The notes under the pieces are model-generated. The model was not told where the DNA came from. It was given only the letters and a program-made list of their open reading frames with translations, and did no database searches. A DNA stretch of 64,000 nt from Dictyostelium discoideum. Its lineage: Eukaryota. Below, piece by piece: positions 25,195 through 37,000 of the stretch (position 1 is the first letter of the stretch; each line of letters begins with the position of its first letter). Both the position numbers and the translations under genes were made by a program. Where the stretch lies: positions 4,800,001-4,864,000 of the forward strand of contig CM000151.3 in NCBI GenBank assembly GCA_000004695.1. Direction: 5' to 3'.

Positions 25195-25762
25195 ACAAAA
25201 TACAAATAATGGTACATTTTTAACACCATTACCTGTATTAACTAATAGTAGTACTGGTTTGGGAAAAAGTATTGATTGGTTATATACAAACACCTCAAAT
25301 ACCGACTCACATAATATAAATTCAAGTAGTAATAAAGTTACAAAACTTTCAAATGGATTTTCTTTATTAAATCAAGATGGTACTCAATCACCATCATGCT
25401 TTTTAAATTTATCCTCAACTGGTAACCACGAAGATCCTGTACAAGTTCCAATGAACAATAATCCACAAGATCTCTTATTCCAATTTAATATTTCACCACA
25501 ATTACAATCACAAAATAATAATAGTAGTAATAATAATAATAACAATAATAACAATGGTAGTAATACTCCATTAAATGGTAGTAATGGTAGTAATAATAAT
25601 TATTCATCACCAATTTCACCAGTACCACAATACCAACACTCTGCTGGTTCTTCACCAATCCAAGAGTATCCATATTATTCACCATCATCATCACCCCATT
25701 CAAATGAATCAACCTCACCAATTACAGTTATTAAAGATAGTGGTAGTATTATAAATCCAATC

Positions 25763-25815
<53 letters not shown>

Positions 25816-26902
25816 TAATAATAACAATAATAATAATAATAAAAACAATTTAAATAATAATACATTCCAATTTTCATCATTAAAAAGTACAACTGGTATT
25901 GCACCACCATTACAAACCGATTATCATTTATTATATAATTTTGTTCAACAAAATTTTTCTGGAAAACCAGAAGATTCATTATTAAACCAAACTTTAAATA
26001 ATAATAATAATAATAATAATAACAATAATAATAATAATAATAATACAACAATCCAAACTTCACCACAACCACTTGTTTTACCACAAATTCAAAATCCATT
26101 TTTACCATATAATATTTCGACTCCAATTTCAGTTCCAAATAATATTTTATCATCAGCTCAATCATCAACAAATTCATCACCAAACAACAACAACAATAAT
26201 AATAATAATAATAACAATATTTTTTCAACTGTTAATAATAATAATAATCTCGTAAATAATAACAGTAATAATATGGAATTAGATGTAGATAAACCATTTT
26301 CACAAGAAAAATTTTATTTACACTTAAAATCAATTGTACCAAGTTTTAATGAAAATTTTGAAGCATCATCTGAATCTGCACAATCTGAATCATCTCAAGA
26401 AAGTGATTATGATGCACTCAATGAACGTAATAGTGGTGTTAAGAAGAGAGGTAGAGATGAAGATCAAATCGATACATCTGGTCAAGTTGTTTTATCACGT
26501 GAACATGTTTTGAAATTATCAAGTAAAGAAATTGAAGAATATGTTTCACGTTTAAAGATGCACCATATTCTTACTCAAGCCGAGGAAAAAGAATTGAAAA
26601 AACAAAGACGTTTAGTAAAGAATCGTGAATATGCTTCACAATCTCGTTCTCGTAGAAAGATTTATGTTGAGAATATTGAAACAAAACTTCAAAAAACAAA
26701 TCAAGATTGTGCTTCAATTAAATCTCAATTAAATTCAGTTAAAGAGGAAAATAAAGCCTTAAAGAAACAATTGTACAGTTTAACTAATACTCTTAAAAGT
26801 AATCCTTCTTTAGCTGAAGCATTTGGAAAAATTTTCTCTCCAATAGGTAATAATAAAACTTCTTCTGCTACATTATTTGTAAGTTTTATTTATTTAATTT
26901 TA

Positions 26903-26943
<41 letters not shown>

Positions 26944-27492
26944 AAATAAAAAAAATATACTAACTTTTTTATAATTTTTAGGTATTTTTCTTTTTATTTA
27001 CATTTACATTTTTATTCCAATCTTCTACAGTTACCTTTAATTCAGAGTATGTTTTATTTTTTTTTAAAATACCATTAGCGTTCATAAAATTTATATTAAT
27101 TTTTTTTTTTTTTCTCTTTTTATAGTAGGGTATCTTCAATTCAACGTAATCTTTTAAGTTTAGAAGAAACTCAAGCAACAGAATGGAACATAAAGAGAGC
27201 CATTCTTGAAGAAACTAAACAATATGTCGATTCTTTGTTAACCTCCTTATATACTTCAAAACTACAATCTTTATCAGAAACTCCTTTAGATACATCTAAT
27301 TATATCATCAACAACAACAATAACGAATCAACTTCCGAAACAACAACAAACAACAAAGTAGTTTCGACATCTAGTGATGATATTTCAAATGTTTTATCAA
27401 ATCTTTCTGTTTCCGATAAAGAAGTTCCTCAAAAGTGTAAAGATTCATCTGATTTAAAATGTGATTCTCCCCCACTTTCACCTTTAAATTAA
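24947..27492 (+). CDS. bZIP transcription factor. Proposed exons 24947..26878, 26982..27046 and 27126..27492; only exon 1 is certain.
   Basis: Canonical bZIP basic region KKQRRLVKNREYASQSRSRRK followed by a leucine zipper (L-x6-L heptads: LQKTNQDCASIKSQLNSVKEENKALKKQLYSL). Long poly-N tracts precede it. Exon 1 ends at GTAAGT (26879). Intron 1 is 103 nt and has TACTAAC at 26958..26964 and acceptor TTTTTAG. Inferred exon 2 encodes the hydrophobic segment VFFFLFTFTFLFQSSTVTFNS. A GTATGT donor at 27047 joins in phase to an acceptor at 27124/27127 and the ORF …RVSSIQRNLLSLEETQATEWNIKRAILEE…SPLN*. Confidence 0.6.
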
Positions 27493-28600
27493 TAAAATTT
27501 TTATTTATTGTTTCATAAATTTTTTTTAGGTTAATCATTTAATCACTTTTTTGTTTAAATATTTCATTTTTTTTTTTTTAACCTTTAATAATATCTTTAC
27601 TACACCCTCATTTAACCCAGTTTTTTATCAATAAAATGACCATAAGATGATTTACAATTGTCTAATGATTGAATATAATTAATATTTACGAAAATGTTAG
27701 AAAAAAATTTAATAATTAATTTTTTACTTAAATTATTTTTTTTAATTAATAATATATTATTTTTATATTTGTTTGTATATATGTCTGTAATACTATAAAT
27801 TGTTATTTATTAGGCATACCCTCTTTTGTAATATTATACATGAGAATGAACAATATTATATACAGAATTATATATTTAATTACAGAAAAAATATAACAAA
27901 CTTTAACTGAGTATTTAAATTTTTTTTGATATTTTTTATATTTTTTTATATATACATAGCCTTCATTTATTTTTTAAGGTAATTAATTTCAAAACAAGAA
28001 AGAATTCTTGAAAAAAAAAAAAAAACTACTTTTATTTCTTTTTTTATTTTCAATTGATCAATCAACAATAACCAATAAAAAGAATAATAAAAAGAATAAA
28101 AAGTAAATGTGAAAAAAAGTTACTATAAAGCAACTAATAATATTTTATTTTTTATTTTTTCAAATTAAACACAATTTTTTTTTTATGTTCCCACCACGAT
28201 TAGTTAATGTTTTTGTGGTGAATTGATGAATTATAAGATTATACCAAAATTATTTTTTATATATTTAATGTACGGATTGTTTTTGATTGATGAGAACAAT
28301 TTAAATAAAAATCAAATTAAAAAAAGTTAATTATATTTTAATTTTTTTATTTTTTAATTTTTTTTTTTGTTTTAATTTCCCCCAACACAAATTTTTTTTT
28401 TTTTTAAAAAATTTTGGTTTTAATGAAAATCGATGTTCCATTGAAATTTTTAGTTGTGTTTGTGAAAAATACTATTTATTTTTTTATAAAATTGAATAAA
28501 AAAAATCCCAAAGAAAAAAAATAAATAAAAAAATAATAATTTATTTTTATTTTTATTTTTTTATTTTTTTATTTTTTTTTTTTTTTTAATTTGTAGTCAA

Positions 28601-28639
28601 ATTATTATTATTATTATTATTATTATTATAATTATTATA

Positions 28640-28678
<39 letters not shown>
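28601..28678. repeat. (ATT)n microsatellite
   Basis: attattatt… with a few ATA variants. Confidence 0.9.
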
Positions 28679-29309
28679 GTTTTTTTTTTTTTTTAGATAT
28701 TCAGTTTTAAATATGTTTGTAAATAAATAAAATTGTAATTAATTAATGAATTTGTAAAAATAGAAAAAAAAAAAAAAAAAAAAACATAAAAATAACCAAT
28801 AAATATCCATAAAAAAAAAAAAAAAAAAAAAAAGGCTTTTTCTGAAGAAAGTTTTTTTTTTTTTTTTTTTGTATATTTATTGTTTATTTCTATCTTTTTT
28901 TTTTTTTTTAGTGATCCACCTTTTTCCCACTTATCGAAAAAAAGGGGTATTTTTTAATATCCTTTCCGTTCCATGTTTTTTTTTAATAATTTCCATATTA
29001 ATATAAAATTTTTTCCATTTTTTTTTTTTTTATTAAATAATAATCTAGGATAAGCGAAATTTTTTTTATTTTTTTTTAAATTATTTTTAATTTATTATTA
29101 ATTAAGGGACCCCGAATTCTATTTATTTATTATTCATTAATTTTTTATTTTTTTTTCTTTTATCCAGGCGAGAAAAAAATAAAAACAAATTTAACACCCT
29201 CATTTTTAAACAGTTATCATCTAAAAATAACATTTTAATAAAATTATAATTTAAAAAAAATAAATAAATAAATAAATAGATTTTATATTTTAAAAAAAAA
29301 AAAAAAAAA

Positions 29310-29356
<47 letters not shown>

Positions 29357-29486
29357 AATAATAATAGTAATAAAAAGAAAAATAATAAATAATAATTATA
29401 ATAAATTTTAAAAACTAAATAAAAATTAATTTGTAATATCCAATTTTATTTATTTATTTATTTAAATATATTATTATTTTTGATTT

Positions 29487-29580
29487 TACTTAATTTAATT
29501 TAATTTGATTCGATTCGATTCTATTCGATTTGATTTAATTTAATTTAATTTAATTTAATTTGATTTGATTTGATTTGATT

Positions 29581-29587
<7 letters not shown>
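29487..29587. repeat. Pentanucleotide (AATTT/GATTT/GATTC)n tandem repeat
   Basis: taatttaatttaatttgattcgattcgattctattcgatttgatttaattt…gatttgatttgatt. Confidence 0.9.
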
Positions 29588-29619
<32 letters not shown>

Positions 29620-30247
29620 CTTTTTTCCATTATTTATAAATATGATGGAAATCTTCCATTTTCCATTTTCCACCATAATTTGAATTATTTTCTCGGAAAT
29701 TGCCAACACTAGTGTTTACTAAATAACAAATACATCCTTATCTCTGTTGATTCCAATTGTGATCAACGTTGTGAAAAATCAGTGGAACTCAATTATGATT
29801 TTTGCTATTTTTTTAAATATTGTCTGTGGACCAACATCCATATTAATTATTTTTAATATTTATAAAAATTATAGTGATGATTCATTATAAGATAAAACAA
29901 CAGAAAATATCACCAATACCATCATCACAACAAACCAAGTTCACCAATTCATCAAAAAAAGAGAATGGTAGAAAACCAATGGGGTGTTGTTGGTGGTGTA
30001 GATTTAGATGCACTTTTAATTCAAGAAAAAGTTTTATGTTGTCGTTATGTGTGGTGGGTCTTATAACAGCTTATGATTTCAATAATGCTTCTATTCAACT
30101 TCACTTCCAATCCAAAAAAAATTTTGGTTTTAGAGTTTGGAAAATGGTTGGTTCAAATGAAAAAATATTGATATTTACCAAGGTAAAAATTCAGAGGTGA
30201 CAAACCCACCAGCACCGCATAAAATTACTCGACCGCCTTAAAAATTA

Positions 30248-30289
<42 letters not shown>

Positions 30290-30752
30290 CAGTTTTAAAA
30301 ATATCTTTTTTTGTTAATTTGATTTGATTAAGATTTTTTTTTTTTTTTTTTTTTTTCAATTTTAAAAAATATCTTTTTTGTTAATTTTTTATATTATTTT
30401 AGTTTTTTTAATTAAAATTATTATAAAAAAAATAATGCCATGGACCAATTGGAATTGTAATTCCATCCTGGTCAATTTTTAAAAGATATCAAAAAAGAAA
30501 TTTACACAAAAAAAAAAAAAAATAAAATAAATAAAAAAATTGCTTCTTACAACCTATTAATTTTTCAATAAGTTTGGGGTATGTTCACATATTCTTATTA
30601 TTTTTTTTATCTAATTTCTTTCAATAGAAAATTTTAAAACTAATATGTCTTTTAAAAGAAAAACACTAAAAAAAATATTTGGGAAATATCACAATCAGAA
30701 ACATATTGGAATCATTTTAAAGATTTATTAAAATAAAAATAAAAAAATAAAT

Positions 30753-30786
<34 letters not shown>

Positions 30787-31028
30787 TTATTAATAACCAC
30801 CAGGGAATTAAAAAAAATATCTGCATTTTCTTTTGAAAACCATTTTTTAAGGGGTTGGACAATATGAAAAATTATAAAAATAAAGCATGAATAAAAAAAA
30901 ATAAAAAAATAAAATAAAATAAAAAAAATTAAATTGGGATTCGAATTAAAAATTAAGAAAAAAAAAACGGTAGCCATGGTTTTTTAGAGCACAACCGCAA
31001 CACCTGGGAGATTTTCACCATAATTTTT

Positions 31029-31061
<33 letters not shown>

Positions 31062-31161
31062 AAGATTTTTTTTTTAAAAAAAATTTTAGGATTTACTTTA
31101 AAATAATTTTTTCATTTTATTTTTTTCATTCAAAATATATTTATATACAAATAATAAAATA

Positions 31162-32096
31162 ATGAGATTCATTGCTTTATTAATTTCATTTTTTGCTTTA
31201 TTAAAAGTTATTAGTGCCATCTCAGGTGTTGATATTTCATCAGCAGTAAGTTTTTTAAATTTCCACCCCTTTTTTTTTTTTTTTTTTTTTTATTCTTCCA
31301 AAACTTAAAAATTTCATCCAATTTTGATTTTAACTAAATATTTTTTTATATAAAATATAATAATAGAGCACCATTGAAAGTTTCACTTGTTTAAAGAGTG
31401 CTGGTTATGATTTTGCTATCATTCGTGCATATGAATCATTAGGTCAAGTTGATCCAAATGGCCCACACAGCGTTTATAATGCTCGTGACGCTGGTATTGA
31501 ATATGTTGTAAGTTATTGTAATTTTAATTTTTATATTTATTTTTAATTTTCAAAAAATATTTAATTAATAATATAAATGCAATAGGACGTTTATATGTTC
31601 CCCTGCCCAACATGCGGTAATGGTGCTGGTCAAGCAGAAACAATGGTTAATTACTTAAAAGGTTACAATGCAAATTATGGTATGGTTTGGTTAGATATTG
31701 AAGGTCCACAATACTGGATGTCACAATCAGAAAATGTTGCATTCTTTGAAAGTTTAGTTGCAGGATTAAAAGCTGAAGGTGCTCATATCGGTGTTTACAC
31801 ATCTGCAAGGTAATTTATTTAATTTTTATTTCTCCATCTCTCTTTTTCAATGTTTATAAACAATTACTAATCTATTAATAATAATTTTTTTTTAAAAAAA
31901 ACAACAGTCAATGGGAACCAATTATGGGTGGATACACTGGTGGTAGCGAATTCCCATTATGGTATGCTCATTATGATGGTAATCCATCTTTCAGCGATTT
32001 CTCACCATTCAATGGTTGGTCAACTCCATCAGTTAAACAATACGATGACACTGGTGACAGCTGTGGTTTAGGTTTCGATTTAAATTGGTACCCATA
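31162..32096 (+). CDS. GH25 (Chalaropsis/Entamoeba-type) lysozyme, secreted. Exons 31162..31245, 31367..31507, 31586..31809 and 31908..32096.
   Basis: Signal peptide MRFIALLISFFALLKVISA. GH25 hallmarks are GVDISSA…FAIIRAYES…, then DVYMFPCP…, then …WLDIEGPQYW…. Donors are GTAAGT, GTAAGT and GTAATT; acceptors are AATAG/AACAG. All introns are AT-rich and about 80-120 nt. Confidence 0.8.
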
Positions 32097-32239
32097 AATT
32101 ATTAAATTAATCAATTAATCAATCATATACGTCTGTAATATATTAATACTCACATATGATTTATTATTTAACTATCCCAATCAAAATTTATTAAAAAAAT
32201 AAAGTTTTTTATAAAAGTTAAAAATTAAAACTATCTTTT

Positions 32240-33020
32240 ATTATTGCGATTATTCAAGATTATGTACCAGTTATTCAACTGGACGTAAATGGTTCAATTT
32301 ACAATGCCAGTATGCTGGTATATATATATACATATGTATATTACTTTTTTTTTTTTTTAATTAGTTTTTTTAACTTTTTTTTTTTTTTATATTTATGAAT
32401 TAACTTTTTTTTTTTTATATTTATGAATTTATTTTTTAATCAGCAGATGGTAATAATTTAAAATTTAATAATTTTAGTTTGAAATGGATATGTTAATCAG
32501 TTTAAGTTAGTTTGGAAGAATGAATATATTCATTATTAATCATTGGAGGTTCAACTAAAGTTTCTTTTTTATTATCAGATTTAAAATTTTAAATTAAATA
32601 CTAATACTATTTTTTCATAGTTTTTTTTTTTTTTTTTTAATTAATACTAATTTATTTTACTTTTTTTATAATTAATTAGTTTGCTCATTACGATGGTAAT
32701 CCTTCATTCAGTGATTTCAGTGGTTTTGGTGGATGGAATTCACCAGCCATTAAACAATATTACAACACTGGTGACAGTTGTGGTTTAGGTTTCGATTTAA
32801 TTTGGTACCCCATAAATTATTAAATCAATCATATATACGTGTGTGTGTTAACCATCACAATCGAAATTTATTAAAAAAATAAAGTGTTTTTATTTTATAA
32901 AAATTAAAAATTAAATTTGTTTTTATTCGTGCTTGTGAATCTACTAGTCAATCAGATGTCAATTGTCCACATTCAGTTTACAATGCTCGTTATGCTGGTA
33001 TCGAATATGTTGATATTTAC
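32240..33020 (+). pseudogene. Decayed tandem partial copies of the upstream GH25 lysozyme gene (exon 2-like, exon 4-like and 3'UTR-like segments)
   Basis: 32243..32320 resembles exon 2 (…NGSIYNASMLV). 32690..32815 encodes FAHYDGNPSFSDFSGFGGWNSPAIKQYYNTGDSCGLGFDLIWYP*, followed by a copy of the lysozyme 3'UTR (ataaattattaaatcaatcatata…aaatttattaaaaaaataaagt). 32926..33012 is a second exon 2-like copy (FVFIRACESTSQSDVNCPHSVYNARYAGIEYV). None has a start codon or intact splice sites. Confidence 0.6.
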
Positions 33021-33581
33021 AAATTTGGCTTGTTAGGTTGACGTTCCTTTACTTTTTTTTTTTATTCCAATATTATTAAAATTTTAATAATTTAAAACCA
33101 TTAATTTAATTTCTGGAAAATTATTATAATTTTCCTTGTTTTTTTTTTTTTTGTTCACATTTACTAAATATAAACAATCATTATCGGCTGCAGTTATTAA
33201 AAAAATAATGAGAAAAAAATTAAAAAATATCTTTTCAATTTTTTTTTTTACAAATTAACGACCAAATAATTTTATTTTTTTTTAATTTTTATTTTTTATT
33301 TTTCATTTTTAAAAACCAACGATCTGATTATAATCTTATAAAATTTCGAGCTATGTATTGAGGAGGCATGCCAATTTCTTTCAAATATTTTTCAAAACCA
33401 TTACATATCAACATTTTTTCTACACAAATTTCATATTTTTTTAATTTTTTTTTTTTTTTAGAAAAATGACCCCGGAATTTATCAAATCATGATATTCAAA
33501 TCTTATTTGTTTTTAAAGGCATCTATATTTTAATCATCATTGGTATTTTTTATCCAATATACACAAAAAAAATTATTATTT

Positions 33582-33622
<41 letters not shown>

Positions 33623-33720
33623 TCATTCTTTTTTTTTTTATTCATTTTTTTATTCATTTTTAATTTTTTATTTATTTATTTATTTTATAATATAAAAAAA
33701 AATAAAAATAAAAAATAAAA

Positions 33721-33981
33721 ATGAAATTAATAATAAATAATTTTTTATTATTATTTTTAATTTTTTTATCAATCTCAATTCAATTTGTAAAATCAATTAA
33801 TCCACCACAAGATGAATTTGATTGTTTAATTAATATTATAAATAAATTTAATTATAAAACATTTGATTCATATAAAGATATTACTAAAATTTGTTCATTA
33901 ACTACTTGGGTGACTTGTGATTCAACAACAGGTTCTGTAAAATCGTATGTATAAATTTAAATTTAAAAATATATATTTTAG

Positions 33982-34015
<34 letters not shown>

Positions 34016-37000
34016 AATAAACACAATACTTTTTTTTTTTATTTGATCACTAATTATTAATTTTTAAAAATTAAAAAAAAAAAAAGATTTATTCTATCAA
34101 ATTTACAATATAATAATTATGAACAAGCAATTTCATCAGATTTTTCATGTTTACCAAATATTGAAACTTTAGCAATTTATTATCAAAATGTTTCAAAAGA
34201 ATTAATTTATTTTAAATCACCAAAACTTACAAAATTAACATTTTTTAATACACAAGTTTTAGGTGGCGCTGCACTTGATCAACCATTTGAAAAATTTGAT
34301 GATTTGTAAATATACATTACTACTATTATTATAAATTTAATTTTGTTTAGATATATAAAACTAATTATTTATGTTTTTTTTTTTTTTTTTTTTTTAATAA
34401 TATTTATGTAATTTTTTTCATAAAAACCATCAATAGATCAATAACTAATTGTAAAGGTTTAGATATAAATACACCATTTAAATTTTCATACTTTAATAAA
34501 GTAACTAGATTTATGATGAGTGGTTTATATGCACAACTTGAATTTGATTCGTTAGCATTTAAAAATAAAACTTCTTTCCATTTATCAGGTTCAAATTACC
34601 CAGATTTAACAGGTTATACTGGTATTCAACAAGCAGAATTTGAATTTGATGATACTTTTAAATTGGATTCAATATCAAATTTTGCAAAGTATACAAGTTT
34701 TGGAAGGCTTATAGTTTATCATTATTCAAATATTAAAATACCATTTTATTTTTCTCAAAATACTAAAATATATTCACTTTGGTTAGCTACTGGTGGTTCA
34801 ACATTTACATCTCCTTATGAAACACCAACCACAATGATTGATTTATCATCCACAAGGTATACTGATTTTTTAATTGGTGGCTTTACAAATGAAAATTTAA
34901 ATGGCAAATTTCCATTTATTATGCCATCAACTTGTTCTAATTTAAACTTTAATAGTAATAATTTAACCATTCTTCCAAATGATATTGTTTGTAAAACTGT
35001 TTCATTTCAAAATAATGGTATAAATTCAGAGTTACCTAAATTCATTGGTAAAGCAGATTCATATGATTTAAAAAATAATAAATTTACTGGGTAACTATAT
35101 ATATATATTTAGATAAACTTTTAAAAAAATATAATATATTATATTATATTGATACTAATATTTTTAAAAATATAATATGTATATACTTTATATAGTACTA
35201 TTGATCAATCATGGTGTTCAACTGAATTAGTTATAAATAATAATAAATTAATTGGAAAAATACCATCATGTTATAGTTGTTATTTAAATGCACCAAAACC
35301 ATCAGGTGGGTTAATAGCAATGTATGATAGATTTACAGGTGGTAATAGTTTTACAAATTTAAATAAAACCGCTGTTACATGTACAACATTTGCGCCCCAA
35401 GTAAAATGGTTATCATCAAATTCAATCAGTGTTACTGGTATTGATATTGGCTTTGATCCAAACATATGGTTATTTAATGGTGGTGTAAAAGTTATGCAAT
35501 CAATAAATTCATCTCCTGGTCAATATCCTCAATTAATACTTTATAGCCCAACTTTAACAGGTGAAACATTTACAATTAATTTCCAATATCCAATCAATTA
35601 TGTTTTTACATTCCCAAAAGTTTCAAAAAATCCACTAGTAACTTCAGCTTCAATCAATGGTAAATTATATACTTTTAATGGTACTTATTTTTCAAGTCAT
35701 ATGAGACATCAATACCAAGATATTAGAGTCAAAGGTTCTTTATGTACTATTGTATCAACTGACTTTTATTCCGTTACCTGTAGTGCAAATCTTGTCATTG
35801 ATTCAGCTTTAAAGATGGTTAATATTACAACTGGGCAAGATTATAACAAAAAAACAACAATTTACATTAGAATTGATGGTTTGGTTTCAAATGATCATCG
35901 TTGTCCAAATGATTGTTCAGGTAATCAAGGTATTTGTGATTTAAGTACTGGTACTTGTTATTGTGAATCAGGTTACTCTGGTAGCGATTGCTCTTTTAAA
36001 AATTGTGGATCTTCAGTTCCAGATTGTAATGGAGCAGGTACATGTAATGGTGCAACTGGTTTATGTACTTGTGATAGTACTCACGTTGGTGACTATTGTC
36101 AGTATTCAACTTCTGCTTGTCCAAATAATTGTGGTGGTTCAGCTTATGGTACTTGTAATGCAAATAAAACATGTACCTGTAATGCTGGTTTTGCTGGTGT
36201 AGATTGTTCAAAACCAACTCAATGTGTTAATAATTGCTCAGGTAATGGTGTATGTGTAAATGGTTTCTGTCAATGTTTTGATGGTTATGGAGATAGTTCT
36301 TGTAGTGCCAAGATTTTAAATTGTCCAGTTGGTGCAGGTGGAGCTCCATGTAATGGATTTTATGGAGCATGTAACCCTGCAACAGGAGTTTGCACTTGTA
36401 GGGATGGTTATCAAGGTAGCGCATGTGATGATCGTTTAATTCAATGTCCAGTTGCAATGAATTCAATAGTTTGTAATCGTTTAGATATTAATTGGTGTGA
36501 TACAACTACAGGTAAATGTCAATGTGATCCAAATTTCCAAGGTGTTGATTGTTCATTACCATTGGTTCAATGTCCATTATATGGTGGTAAAGTTTGCGGT
36601 GGATTTGGTACATGTAATAATCAAACTGGTGTTTGTTCATGTGACGGTTCCCATCAAGGTGCTGATTGTTCATTACCATTTATTCAATGTCCATTAAATG
36701 GTGGTAAAGTTTGCGGTGGATTTGGTACTTGTAATAATCAAACTGGTGTTTGTACATGTGACGGTTCTCATCAAGGTACTAGTTGCTCTTTACCATTTGT
36801 TCAATGTCCAATATCTTTTTTAAATCCATGTGGTGGTTCAAAAAGAGGTAATTGTAATAATCAAATTGGTGTTTGTAATTGTTTAGCTGGATATCAAGGT
36901 CTTGATTGTTCATTACCATTTATTAAATGCCCAACAATTAATTCAAATGATTGTAGTGGATTTGGTTCATGTAATAATCAAACTGGTATATGTGCCTGTG

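Noticed and set aside
24819-26255. Minus-strand ORFs rich in Y, C, I, V and L overlapping the bZIP gene
   Set aside because: They are antisense read-outs of (AAT)n and (CAA)n coding repeats.
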